Of a stretch of 64,000 nt of DNA, positions 1-12,454 are shown piece after piece. The translations under genes were made by a program, and so were the position numbers. Location of the stretch: positions 15,252,001 through 15,316,000 of the forward strand of contig CM102285.1 in the NCBI GenBank assembly GCA_046563655.1, given 5' to 3'. The notes beneath the pieces are model-generated. The model was not told the DNA's origin and ran no database searches. It was given only the letters and a program-made list of their open reading frames with translations. This DNA comes from Yuukianura sp. NJ FZ-2021 (Eukaryota). Position 1 is the first letter of the stretch. Each line of letters begins with the position of its first letter.

Positions 1-132
1 CTGGAACGTAATTGAGAAATTTACGTTAATTGATTGATTACTCACTGTCACTCCCTTTACTGCTTTACTTCGACTTTTGGATTTATATTTGTTTTGATCT
101 TAACTTTTGAATTTTGGAAACGAGTTCCCGCA

Positions 133-285
133 ATTTTGTCTCAAGTCCAAGTCACCTTAACGCTAATTCTCAGAAAACAACAGAAACTGCAGGATGGGTT
201 ATCTCAGCATTAGAGATACCCCCTTCTGCAGTTTCTGTTTTTTCTGAGAATTAGCCTTCAAGGCGACTTGGACTTGAGACAAAAT
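133..285. mobile_element. Foldback/MITE-like inverted repeat with ~70-bp arms
   Basis: The left arm ATTTTGTCTCAAGTCCAAGTCACCTT..GCTAATTCTCAGAAAA..ACAGAAACTGCAG..TATCTC is nearly the reverse complement of the right arm GAGATA..CTGCAGTTTCTGTTTTTTCTGAGAATTAGC..AAGGCGACTTGGACTTGAGACAAAAT, with a loop of about 7 nt. Confidence 0.75.
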
Positions 286-600
286 GACTCAAAAACAAAA
301 TTGTGGCGGAATTCTTGTTAGCCGACTAGGTCCGCACTCGGAATTGGAAATGTTATAAATAGACCCAGACGAGCAGCATCTTACTCCTTTTGCTTTCATA
401 TAAAAAGGAAGAGAAACCAAAATCATCTCAATCACTACACAAAAACCAACAAATGAACCAAAATGCCACCAAAAGCCATGACCTTGACCTGCTGGGTCAA
501 AGATTTAGTCATAAGAAAAATAAGAGTGAAGGGTCATAGGTCACAACAGACGAGAACGGTGGAAGCTCCACTGGATGGAGTGAAGAGGAAAAAACTTGGT

Positions 601-1112
601 GAGCTTCCCTTTTATATGACGAGGGAAGGAGTAGGATTCCTTTGGATTTTACTCTTTTGGAGTTGGGGGTGGTGAAGACAGTGAGGTGGCAATGGCACAA
701 ATGCATGTGGGGACCATCCCAACTCCAAACCCCCCAACAACATCTTTTCACAAATTCAAAATCCAATGTTTTGACATGTTATGCATCTATTCCCTGAACA
801 ACTTGATTGATAATTCAATCGACTAATTAACTAAAATAAGCGTTAATTGGAGATGACAATAATTAAAAATAACCGAAGAAGAAACAGGTCCTGTTTGTTT
901 ACATAAGAAAGTGTCTCCTCTCCTCTGCCTTCATCTCTCGAACGAAGTCAAAAACGTGAATGAGAAGAATTTGTTGAGCTTCCCTTTTATATGCGAGACG
1001 AAAGGAGTAGAACGAAGGGAGATTTTACTCTTTTGGAGTTGGATGTTGGGGGAGGGAGTGGGTGGCAATGGAAAAAATGCATGTGGGGACCATCCCAACT
1101 CCTAACCCCCAA
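601..1112. repeat. Diverged ~135-bp direct repeat (601-735 and 976-1112), with a partial inverted copy at ~381-413
   Basis: Both copies share the blocks GAGCTTCCCTTTTATATG, AAGGAGTAG, GATTTTACTCTTTTGGAGTTGG, GGTGGCAATGG and AAATGCATGTGGGGACCATCCCAACTCC in the same order. Confidence 0.85.
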
Positions 1113-1254
1113 AAATCAAACATTTTGACTGAAAAAACGAAGAAAGTTCCTCAGAACAGGCAAAATCTATTGGAGTTCGCTCCGTTTCAATTTTATTTTG
1201 GTTTTTGAACACCAAACTCACACCTCTCCTCCATACAGGGCAAGGTCAGTTGAG

Positions 1255-1462
1255 TAAGAGGTTGGGGATTACCTCATGTTATTTCGATTTTGGGACTTTT
1301 CAAACTTTTCATTTCGGTACATCGTAGTCATAACAATGCAGCCATTTTTTTTAAATTTTGCATACGAATTGGTACCAATTTTTGGGATTGGTACCAAAAT
1401 TGGTACCAATTTTTGTTTTTTTCATTTTTTCGTCAACAAGTGAGGTAGTACCCAACCTCTTA
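1255..1462. mobile_element. MITE with ~20-bp TIRs flanked by TA
   Basis: TA|AGAGGTTGGGGATTACCTCA ... TGAGGTAGTACCCAACCTCT|TA. The interior is AT-rich and non-coding, with three TTGGTACCAA repeats. Confidence 0.7.
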
Positions 1463-1835
1463 ACGGCAAAACAAACAAAACAACAATTTTCCGTTGTCAA
1501 GGAACCTTGATACAGGGGTTCTAAAAGCTATTCAATTTCACTTTTTCTACATCCTTTCCCCAAATTCTCTTTGTCCTATTCTTAGGAAAGTTTTTTTAAA
1601 AAACTTTTTTTTTTTTTTTTTCGAAATTTTGGCCACGGAAAAAACTGAAGTCTATATGCTAAGATTTTCTCTGCGGCGGCCTTTGCTTTCTCTCAAATTG
1701 AAAGAGATTCCGAGGGGAAAGTCCTTTTCCGAATCCAAAATATCGATTTTCCTTCTACGAACTATACCTTTAGGACTACACCAGCAGAGTGTGTGTAGTT
1801 TGTGAGCAGAGTGTTGGTCAAAGGTCAAAGGTTAA

Positions 1836-2629
1836 ATGGAAAGTGGGATTTGTGCAGTGGAGGAGTGCGGGGAGAGATCAGTTTTGTCCAACGATCCAAT
1901 CAAGTATCGACGACAAATTTTCGTGATGTCCCTGCTGGACTTTCTCCTCGGATTCCTCATGCTCTCTATCTGGTCATTTAGATCATCATTCTCCCTTCCT
2001 CTCATGGATGACACGAGTAAGGTCAAAGGTCAACATTCACTAAAACTTAAACTAAACTTCATTTTAAAGTTGTAGATCACTTTGGCGTCTACGCCGTCAT
2101 TTGGTTGTTTCTGCTCTACTCTTTTCAAATCATCATGGCCATGATTCTGTGTGGAGCAACTCAGAAGGTACCAACTAAAAATGCTTCTTTTGACATTTTG
2201 ATTTGAACATTTTGGGATTGAATGATTGGATTGCAGAGCAGTGGGGAGAGGTCAGGGGTCAAAATGAGTCGATGGTTCAAAGGGTCAGTGCTTATAGTCA
2301 TCATGCTTTTCCTCAACAACCTGCTCTTCTTCTCTGCGCAGGAATTTGCATTCCAGTCACTTTCTCCCTACTTACTCAACCTAGTTCAAGTCATCTTCAG
2401 AATATTCGCAATGGCATTCCTCGTATCGTCAAACAGGAAACTCATGTTTGGACCCTACGCTCTCAGACTCCACCAGAGAATCCTCAACAGGAACATTGGG
2501 CAAATGGCGGTGGGGCCTGGTGGGGCTCCGGTCATCATCTTCCCACCGCCACCCTACGACGACTTCCCACCAACTTACGAAGAAGCCACCAACCAAAACG
2601 TCTACCACTCCAAAACAAACAGTCACTAA
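1836..2629 (+). CDS. Small multi-pass (~4-TM) membrane protein with C-terminal PPxY motifs, LAPTM-like architecture; exons 1836-2016, 2076-2167, 2237-2629
   Basis: Two GT-AG introns join three exons in frame (~220 aa). There are four hydrophobic segments, and the tail is IFPPPPYDDFPPTYEEAT. Confidence 0.75.
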
Positions 2630-3172
2630 AAATAGTTTCCTCTCAAAATCAGATTTATTGTCGCCGTTTCCATTCAAGGACACATTAAAATGTGCTCCAA
2701 ATATTACATTTAGCAGATCCTAATTAAATTCTAATTAAACTAATTCGTAAAATGTTCTTTGTATAGTTTCATCATGGTAACTTTTGTTGTTTCTTTTTTT
2801 AGAATAAAAGCCACCCATTCTGCCGTTCATATTGTCTTTCCATTACAAGATCAGTCTGAAACTAACACTTTGGAGGAATTTGTGATTAAAAATAGGATTA
2901 AAAGGAAGATCACAGCAATCGTTGTCGCTGGAACTGCAGCAGCACAAAATACGCTCTCTAATAGTTGCATGTACCATTTTTGTTTCTAGATTAGCCTTGA
3001 AATTTTTAAAGTTTAAAATGGATGGGAGAGAACTTTGACTTTACATACTGGTAGGGACTTTCTACATCACTTGAAGGGCACAGGGACCCTTGAGCACAAT
3101 AATACTGCGACATTTGATCCTTCCATCCACTCCACACTCAGTCCATAATAATTTAACAGAAGAGTCTATGAT

Positions 3173-5775
3173 TCAAGGGTTGGAATCTCCATCTCTGATC
3201 TTCTCAGTGGAAGCGGAGACTGCTTGAGCGATACGATGCGCATGCGTTCTTCTAAGATCCGACTTGATGAGGAGTGTCATGATGAATCCCAGCAAGAGAA
3301 TTCCAGCCAGTGTGAGATTGGCTCCAATGTCTCCGATGTTGCTCTCCAGAATGAGTCGCGTGATGGGGGTCATGATGATGCCAAAGAACTGCGCAGACGC
3401 ATTCAGCAGTCCGGACGAAGTTCCTTCAGACTCAGGGTAAGTAATCTCTGCTGCAAATTCAAAACCGACTGGAAGGTAGCCAGTCATGAAGAATCTGAAA
3501 ACAACATTTTCAAACATGTTTTAAAATACAGGTTTGGAAAACTCAATACTATTTTATATTTTTGTACCCCAAAGCAGCAAAGACGGCGTAGATGGAAACA
3601 ATTGAGCCAGCATAAGGAAGTGTGAATGTGTACACGACCATCCCCACGAATGAAAGCAAGTAGATGACTACCGTTGTCTCTCTGAAAACAATTTTTAAAT
3701 TGTAAAACTGGACTTGAAAGTAAAACAGTTTCAGAATTAGAAGTTGGAAATAAAAACTGACTTGAATTTCTTGGTGGTATCCAGCACAAATCCTGACACG
3801 ACGCTGCCACACATTCCAGCCACCACAATCGTAAGTCCAATTCTCCCAATGTCTTGTCCAGCACCCTGCAATTCCAAAAACAAAAAGTAAAACGTTTAAT
3901 TGTTTTCCATTTCCTTTGGGTCAAAGGTCAACTGACCTCAAAGTACGGGAGAATGAAGCTGTTGAGGAGTGTAGAAATAGCATAGAACACTCCCACATTC
4001 ATTCCATAGGAGAGCAGGAGAAGGAGATACGCCGGATTTGTGAGGAGTCGCTTGATGCCGCTCAAATAATCTTCGGGTTCGGCTGTGAGAAGCGCCGCCT
4101 GTGCAATACTTGGAGGAGTTGGAGGTTTCGTCTGGAAAACTAAAGGAAATATAATTTAGTATATAAAAATTAATTGTCATTGGTATTTTTCCTACTGAAG
4201 ATGACGAGGACGAAGAGAGTGGTTGTGATGGCTGCAGTTCCGCCGAACATGATTCTCAGATCGGATCCGATTTCTTCAGTCGTTCCATTGCTTCGAACCA
4301 ACATCGGCGGAAGGACGAACCCCAGTGCAACTCCAAGCTACAAAATAAAAATCAGAGGTTAAAGTGATTTTAATTTAAAACTGGAGGATTAAAAGGTCAT
4401 GGAGCAAGTTGTATTGACCTTTAAAGCTCTATCACAACTTGTTCCAAATTGACTCCAAAATCAAGTGGAAAGTTCCAATTGGGATGAATTACAATTTTAA
4501 CATGAGACACGAGTAAGTTGATGACAAGTGCTAATCAACCTCCATTACCATGAATGAACTTCACACTGAATAATAGGTGGCCTTGGGTCATGGAGGTCAA
4601 ATGCATTGACACAATGACTTTCAAGTCCAAATCTCCGCAGTGTTTGTTCTAATTAGTCATGATCGTCACGGAGACTAAATGGGACAAATGTGTAATACGG
4701 ATGGCGTCAACTGTTGTTGTTGTTGGATGGATCGTGACAGCGCAGTCATTTAAGTTGTTTCTAACCTGGTTTCCGAATACTCCGATGGCAGTTGCCTTTG
4801 ACACTTCGTGTGGCCCAAACCACACTGCTGCGAGAAGTGGGGGGATTCCGAGCACAAAGATCTGTGAGATGGCCACTGTCGTTTGACCCAAAAATGTCAC
4901 CCAGAACAGGTCCGGAGATGCCGAAAACACCTTGATCCAAGAACCCACCGCTGTCCCAAATGACCCAATCAGCACTGCTACACGTAACCCCTAAAACAAA
5001 AACAAATCATTGGATCGCATAGCACTAAATTACAACAACAACATCAAATTATCAACTTCCAAACTTGAATTCCGAACGCCAACAACTACTTTTTTGTTGG
5101 AAACAATAAACATTTCCGAGAAGCCAACGCCATAATATGCATCATGCCTTTGTTTCCAAGAAAAGTAGTCGGAAAATATCTACTCATAGAATGAGAGGGA
5201 ATTTGTACTTAGATGCTACTGCATCTCTATCTCACTGTGGTTAATAAATTCCACGTCTCAAGATTAGGTGTTAATGACCTTAGGAGTTAATTAAGTGGTT
5301 TGTGTTGTGAATATCAACTTGTTTAAAGATTCCTCAATTGGATAATACATTTCGTCCGGTTTTAGTTGGAAGAAATGGATGCTTGCACCTAATTTGATGT
5401 AGGTGGAAGAAATGCTTTCTCTTTTACCTTTTTCTGGAGGAGGAATGTTGCTGGAAAGATGAGTGGAATGTAGACACACATGTAGATGAGCGACGTCCAG
5501 TCGACCCACTCTGCCTGAACATCGTAGAATTTGGTGATGACATCGTTGATGATGGCATACTGGATCCACTGGAAAGCATTAGACGAGGAGTAGGCCACGA
5601 AGAGCAGGAGCATGACCCACCTCCGGTGGTACACTTGGAAGGACTCGTCACAAGTCTCCACGGACCCACCCATGCTCCCATAGTTCCCACTCTCCTTCGT
5701 GTCACCCAGGTCAGGCGACATTGTCCACACGCCAGGAGGATCTGGATCTGCACTCTTATCTCCAGATGAACTCAT
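3173..5775 (-). CDS. FLVCR: FLVCR-family (SLC49) MFS transporter, choline/ethanolamine/heme transporter family; 7 coding exons (5775-5428, 4990-4766, 4337-4196, 4139-~3936, ~3866-3762, ~3681-3567, ~3495-3173)
   Basis: Family motifs: [121 protein letters not shown]. The splice sites are canonical and in phase. Confidence 0.95.
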
Positions 5776-7719
5776 CCCTCTGCAAAATCAAAAGGAAAAT
5801 GATCAAAATGCAATGAGGTTAATTTATCTTTCATCATGTTAATTTGAAGTGTTTGATTACCCTATTGTTCCACTAACTGTGACCTTGGCTTTTTAATTAT
5901 TGCTCTGCTGCGTTTAGTTGATTGTACTAATAGTTGAGTTTAGTGTGCTTATTGTGAGGAATCCACTAATGTGTTCGTAGTTTGAAGAGCAAGTATCAAA
6001 TGAGTCTTTTTTCATTCACTCTGTCCTTTTTATTCCACTGACTAATGGATCACACAACATTTACCCTGCAGAGAAGGCTACTGGACACTTTTTCCAATTC
6101 TGTCCACAATGAGCGTTGAGGACGACTTGGCGCTGTGTCTAAATGGGAAAGCGACAAATGTGCCAAATGAACGCTTTCTCCAGCGAATGGGAAAGTACGA
6201 CTTCTTTTCTCCAGATTCGGAGAAAGCACAACTCAATGCGGACTCTGGTGACTGTTTGAGATTAATGAAGACAAGGTTCCGTAAATTCTATTTTTCTGTA
6301 TTCCAAAAAGCGTTTACAGCCACCCAGAATCCAAATCCCTTGTGCCAAATCCAGTCTCTATCTTACAAATCTTAAATCTAACTTGCACGTGCTACATTTT
6401 TCATGGAAATTTGGCAGACATTCCAGTTAGTTGTGTTTATATGCGGAAGTACTACATAAAATAGTAGTTTCCATGAATGGAAAGTATCTCTGAGAGAAGT
6501 CACAAGTTAGTTCATATGTAAAGATGATGTCCCTGAAGATAGTGAATCCTTAAGAACCAAACTGTGGGTGCTGGTTTTTAATGCCATTGAGTTGACATTT
6601 CAAATGACATTTGGTGCAGTTTGATAACCTCACAATCAACTTAACACTTTCTCATGCGAAACTTCACACCCTCTCACTTTTTATGTTTTTCAACATTTGC
6701 TGACAAGGAAAAGGATGAGGAGAAAATTGTCGATGTCAACTTATCCAAAGGTCACACTCCTCTCATGAAACAGCGACAGTGACTCCTATTGCTGAATTCT
6801 AAATTTAATGAAATAAATACTAAATCCAAGTGCCAAAATTATGATTAACTGAAAGTGAATTGAACCAAAAGTGATGTAGGAGATTTTGAGTGGAGTGGTA
6901 GAAATTAAAAGTTAAAATGTTACCATTGCAGTTGCAGAGAGATCCCATTGGAATTGATTGATGATTATCACAAGTGAGTGGTTGGGATTTGCCTAGTCCA
7001 AACACGACAACTAATATTTTGCTACACTTATGAATGGGTTGACCCTGTAGCTTCACATGAGAATTAGTAAAATAGTTTTCCTCACAAGGTCAGCAAAGAA
7101 TGGGAATAATTGTTGTTGTGAGTTGTGCCAATTGCTGACTTGGACTATTTGTTGTGAAAGCTGTTTGATCACATGTAAAAAGAGCGGATGCGCCTGTAGA
7201 TGCCGTCATATCGACTGACTTGAAGCAAAGTAGAGTTCCTGTGCAAATAGACAATGACTAACCACTTTCTCCGAATCCGAAATGGCAAACACCGAACGCC
7301 GTCCGAAACCCTATCAACTCACGCTCTCTGGCCCTATTTCTATTCATGCTGCCGCTGCCAATCTCAATGGTTTTACAGCCCTAGATTAAATGCGGTGGCA
7401 AACGCAGCTAAATTCAGTTCTTCGAATGATGCCATACAATAAAAAACTCAAACACAAAGGCTAAAAACTAAATTAATGATTAATTTAAAAATGTTCAAAA
7501 ATTTTAAAGTTCAGAATGGAAAGTACAAAAGTTGTAGCCCACAAATAAAAAAATGAAAAGCCTACAATCATCCCATTTTTCCAAATCGAAAAAGCACTCT
7601 TTCACTGATAATCTCCATATGGATTGAAAATAATCACTACAAAACACTAAACAAATTCCTCCTGTCCGTCCAAATGAAAATGTCCGGAATTACAAGACGC
7701 AAAGATCACAAACTTTTAT

Positions 7720-8358
7720 ATGAATCAAGAGCAAAGAATAATGCTGCTAAAGATATGGCCACTCGTATTGAGTGCTTGTGCAGTTGCAACTAAGGCGGGA
7801 GTGGTGGTGAGTGTTAATTCAACAACACCCAGCCCCAACAAAACAGAAGTTGACCTGGAGCTGCGACCTCGCGGAGTGATCAAGGACAAGCAGGCCAAAG
7901 ACCAGTGCGAAATCTTCCAGGAAATGTCGCATCGACCGCCGAGTGAGTTCATGCCCATGCAAAGACCTCCCCCGGCCGATGAGGCTGTCATTGGTTGCTA
8001 CTTGAAAGATGGAGTTCCCTGCTTCCCGAAAGACGACATGGAAGCCTTCCAGTTGAAAAACTACTACAACGACCAGCATGAGAACAAGGAACCAGCACAT
8101 GCCAAGAAATACTACTGTGCCAGGTAATACTATGGATGGAGAAACAACTTTGGTTGAGACTTACCAAGTATTTTGATTGTTTTTGACAGTGGTATTTGCG
8201 TGAGTCCTCCCCTGGGAGAAGGTGTGGATACTTGCGGCCCTTGCAATCGGAGTGAGCGTAAATGCGAAGAGTTCAAACCATCACGTGGGATGCAGTTGAG
8301 AGCCAGTTGGAGTCTGGTCCTGTGGATCCTATACCAAACAACAACGAATCTATTTTAA
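7720..8358 (+). CDS. Uncharacterised secreted Cys-rich protein, possibly GPI-anchored; exons 7720(or 7741)-8123 and 8190-8358
   Basis: Signal-peptide-like MLLKIWPLVLSACAVATKA, a 66-nt GT-AG intron in phase 2 (YYCA-S-GIC), 8 Cys in the mature region, and a hydrophobic C-terminus WSLVLWILY. Confidence 0.7.
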
Positions 8359-8635
8359 TCGCCCGAAGAAGGATCTACTAATCAATGTTCACTTACAATG
8401 CAATGAGTATCGAGTCCATGAGTAGGCATCCCTTAGCTTCAGCATCAGCAGTACACCTTCTCCCCTTGTCCAGCATCACCGAAATCCTCATTTTCTCAAT
8501 CTCGTCTGCAGCAGCACTACGTACTCAACTCAACAGCTCAACAAAATTAAAACTTCTCCGATTTAATCGTTAATTAACTAATCAGTAACTAATTAAAACA
8601 AGAATTGACTGAATGGTTCAAGCGATGTCTTTTTC

Positions 8636-8870
8636 TTTTGTTTTGTTTTGATTTTGACTTTGAATAAATTTGAACTGAGTTCCCGCAAAAAATCTGATGT
8701 CGTAACTGCAAGCGCTGCCTACTAATTCCCAGATAACCCACAACTGCCTCAACCACTTGTCTCAGAATTAATTAGTCACAATTCCGTCCGCGTATGTTGA
8801 TATTTTTGCGAGAACTCATTTTGAAAAATACAAAACAAATTAAAAATCAAAACAAAAAGTCAAAAGTCAA
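8636..8870. mobile_element. MITE-like element with imperfect TIRs
   Basis: TTTTGTTTTGATTTT (8641) pairs with AAAATCAAAACAAAA (~8843), and TGAGTTCCCGCAAAAA (8676) pairs with TTTTTGCGAGAACTCA (8803). The left end resembles 88-133. Confidence 0.6.
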
Positions 8871-8954
8871 ATCTCAAATGTAAAGTAAAATTATGATTCA
8901 ATTCAATTGAGTTATGTATTACTACTGTATACTGTATAGCAAGCGTGGGTGCCA

Positions 8955-9054
8955 GAAGCTATCCCCAACCCCAAAAACCTGAAGTTGTCCCCAACCCTAA
9001 AAACCGGAAGTTGTCCCAACCCCAAAATTCTGAAGTTGTCCCCATCCCCAAAAG
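8955..9054. repeat. Four copies of a 25-26-bp repeat, GAAGTTGTCCCCAACCCCAAAAACC
   Basis: The tandem copies are directly visible immediately before the satellite block. Confidence 0.9.
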
Positions 9055-9089
9055 TATGCTACGAGGAATATCCTGGAATAAAAGTTTCG

Positions 9090-9557
9090 ATTGTTGTAGA
9101 TTTTAGAAGAGAAATATTATTTTATACTTTTAAGGAAACGGACCTCAGTAATTTGTAGATTTGAGAAGAAAAATATTAGTACCTATTTTATACTTTAAAG
9201 GAAGGGGACCTCAGTAATTTGTAGATTTTAAAAGAAAAATATTACCTATTTTATACTTTAAAGGAAGGGGGCCTCAGTAATTTGTAGATTTTAGAAGAAA
9301 AATATTACCTATTTTATACTTTAACAGAGAATAAACTTTTTAAAAAAATTTTCCCTGAAAGTGAATTTACACCTTAACAGAGAATAATAAACTTTTTAAA
9401 AAATTTGTCTCTGAATGTCAAAATACACCCTAAAGGAAGGGGGCCTCGGTAATTTGTAGATTTTAGAAGAAAAATATTACCTATTTTATACTTTAAAGGA
9501 AGGGGGCCTCAGTAATTTGTAGATTTTAGAAGAAAAATATTACCTATTTTATACTTT
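9090..9557. repeat. Satellite unit A (63 bp), ~6 copies interleaved with unit B
   Basis: Unit TTTGTAGATTTTAGAAGAAAAATATTACCTATTTTATACTTTAAAGGAAGGGGGCCTCAGTAA, period 63 (9218 to 9281). Confidence 0.9.
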
Positions 9558-12432
9558 AGCAGAGAATAATCAACTTTTTAAAAAATTTGTCTCTGAATGT
9601 CAAAATACACCTGAATTTACACCTTAACAGAGAATAATAATTTTTAAAAAAAAATATGTCTCTGAATGCGAATTTATGCCTTAACAGAGAATAATAAATT
9701 TAAAAAAACTTTGTCTCTGAATGCGTATTTATGCCTTAACAGAGAATAATAAACTTTTTAAAAAATTTGTCTCTGAATGCGAATTTATGCCTTAACAGAG
9801 AATAATAAACTTTTTAAAAAATTTGTCTCTGAATGCGAATTTATGCCTTAACAGAGAATAATAAACTTTTTAAAAACTGTCTCTGAATGCGAATTTATGC
9901 CTTAACAGAGAATAATAAACTTTTTAAAAAATTTGTCTCTGAATGCGAATTTATGCCTTAACAGAGAATAATAAACTTTTTAAAAAATTTGTCTCTGAAT
10001 GCGAATTTATGCCTTAACAGAGAATAATAAATTTTAAAAAAAAATTTGTCTCTGAATGCGAATTTATGCCTTAACAGAGAATAATAAACTTTTTAAAAAA
10101 TTTGTCTCTGAATGCGAATTTATGCCTTAACAGAGAATAATAAACTTTTTAAAAAATTTGTCTCTGAATGCGAATTTATGCCTTAACAGAGAATAATAAA
10201 CTTTTTAAAAAATTTGTCTCTGAATGCGAATTTATGCCTTAACAGAGAATAATAAACTTTTTAAAAAATTTGTCTCTGAATGCGAATTTATGCCTTAACA
10301 GAGAATAATAAACTTTTTAAAAAATTTGTCTCTGAATGCGAATTTATGCCTTAACAGAGAATAATAAACTTTTTAAAAAATTTGTCTCTGAATGCGAATT
10401 TATGCCTTAACAGAGAATAATAAATTTTTTAAAAAATTTGTCTCTGAATGCGAATTTATGCCTTAACAGAGAATAATAAACTTTTTAAAAAATTTGTCTC
10501 TGAATGCGAATTTATGCCTTAACAGAGAATAATAAATTTTTTAAAAAATTTGTCTCTGAATGCGAATTTATGCCTTAACAGAGAATAATAAACTTTTTAA
10601 AAAATTTGTCTCTGAATGCGAATTTATGCCTTAACAGAGAATAATAAACTTTTTAAAAAATTTGTCTCTGAATGCGAATTTATGCCTTAACAGAGAATAA
10701 TAAACTTTTTAAAAAATTTGTCTCTGAATGCGAATTTATGCCTTAACAGAGAATAATAAACTTTTTAAAAAATTTGTCTCTGAATGCGAATTTATGCCTT
10801 AACAGAGAATAATAAATTTTTAAAAAAAATTTGTCTCTGAATGCGAATTTATGCCTTAACAGAGAATAATAAACTTTTTAAAAAATTTGTCTCTGAATGC
10901 GAATTTATGCCTTAACAGAGAATAATAAACTTTTTAAAAAATTTGTCTCTGAATGCGAATTTATGCCTTAACAGAGAATAATAAACTTTTTAAAAAATTT
11001 GTCTCTGAATGCGAATTTATGCCTTAACAGAGAATAATAAATTTTTAAAAAAAATTTGTCTCTGAATGCGAATTTATGCCTTAACAGAGAATAATAAACT
11101 TTTTAAAAAATTTGTCTCTGAATGCGAATTTATGCCTTAACAGAGAATAATAAACTTTTTAAAAAATTTGTCTCTGAATGCGAATTTATGCCTTAACAGA
11201 GAATAATAAATTTTTAAAAAAAAATTTGTCTCTGAATGCGAATTTATGCCTTAACAGAGAATAATAAACTTTTTAAAAAATTTGTCTCTGAATGCGAATT
11301 TATGCCTTAACAGAGAATAATAAATTTTTTAAAAAATTTGTCTCTGAATGCGAATTTATGCCTTAACAGAGAATAATAAATTTTTTAAAAAATTTGTCTC
11401 TGAATGCGAATTTATGCCTTAACAGAGAATAATAAACTTTTTAAAAAATTTGTCTCTGAATGCGAATTTATGCCTTAACAGAGAATAATAAACTTTTTAA
11501 AAAATTTGTCTCTGAATGCGAATTTATGCCTTAACAGAGAATAATAAACTTTTTAAAAAATTTGTCTCTGAATGCGAATTTATGCCTTAACAGAGAATAA
11601 TAAATTTTTTAAAAAATTTGTCTCTGAATGCGAATTTATGCCTTAACAGAGAATAATAAACTTTTTAAAAAATTTGTCTCTGAATGCGAATTTATGCCTT
11701 AACAGAGAATAATAAACTTTTTAAAAAATTTGTCTCTGAATGCGAATTTATGCCTTAACAGAGAATAATAAATTTTTTAAAAAATTTGTCTCTGAATGCG
11801 AATTTATGCCTTAACAGAGAATAATAAACTTTTTAAAAAATTTGTCTCTGAATGCGAATTTATGCCTTAACAGAGAATAATAAATTTTTTAAAAAATTTG
11901 TCTCTGAATGCGAATTTATGCCTTAACAGAGAATAATAAATTTTTTAAAAAATTTGTCTCTGAATGCGAATTTATGCCTTAACAGAGAATAATAAATTTT
12001 TAAAAAAAATTTGTCTCTGAATGCGAATTTATGCCTTAACAGAGAATAATAAATTTTTTAAAAAATTTGTCTCTGAATGCGAATTTATGCCTTAACAGAG
12101 AATAATAAATTTTTTAAAAAATTTGTCTCTGAATGCGAATTTATGCCTTAACAGAGAATAATAAACTTTTTAAAAAATTTGTCTCTGAATGCGAATTTAT
12201 GCCTTAACAGAGAATAATAAATTTTTTAAAAAATTTCTCTCTGAATGCGAATTTATGCCTTAACAGAGAATAATAAATTTTTTAAAAAATTTCTCTCTGA
12301 ATGCGAATTTATGCCTTAACAGAGAATAATAAATTTTTTAAAAAATTTCTCTCTGAATGCGAATTTATGCCTTAACAGAGAATAATAAATTTTTTAAAAA
12401 ATTTATCTCTGAATGTAAACTTATACCTTTAA
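9555..12432. repeat. Satellite unit B (56 bp), ~50 near-identical tandem copies
   Basis: Unit TTAACAGAGAATAATAAA(C/T)TTTTTAAAAAATTTGTCTCTGAATGCGAATTTATGCC, period 56 (10311 to 10367). Confidence 0.97.
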
Positions 12433-12454
12433 GGACTTTAACCTAACCTAGACC

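Noticed and set aside
8949..9158. ORF with PNPKxLKLSP repeats
   Set aside because: It is simply the translation of the 26-bp tandem repeat.
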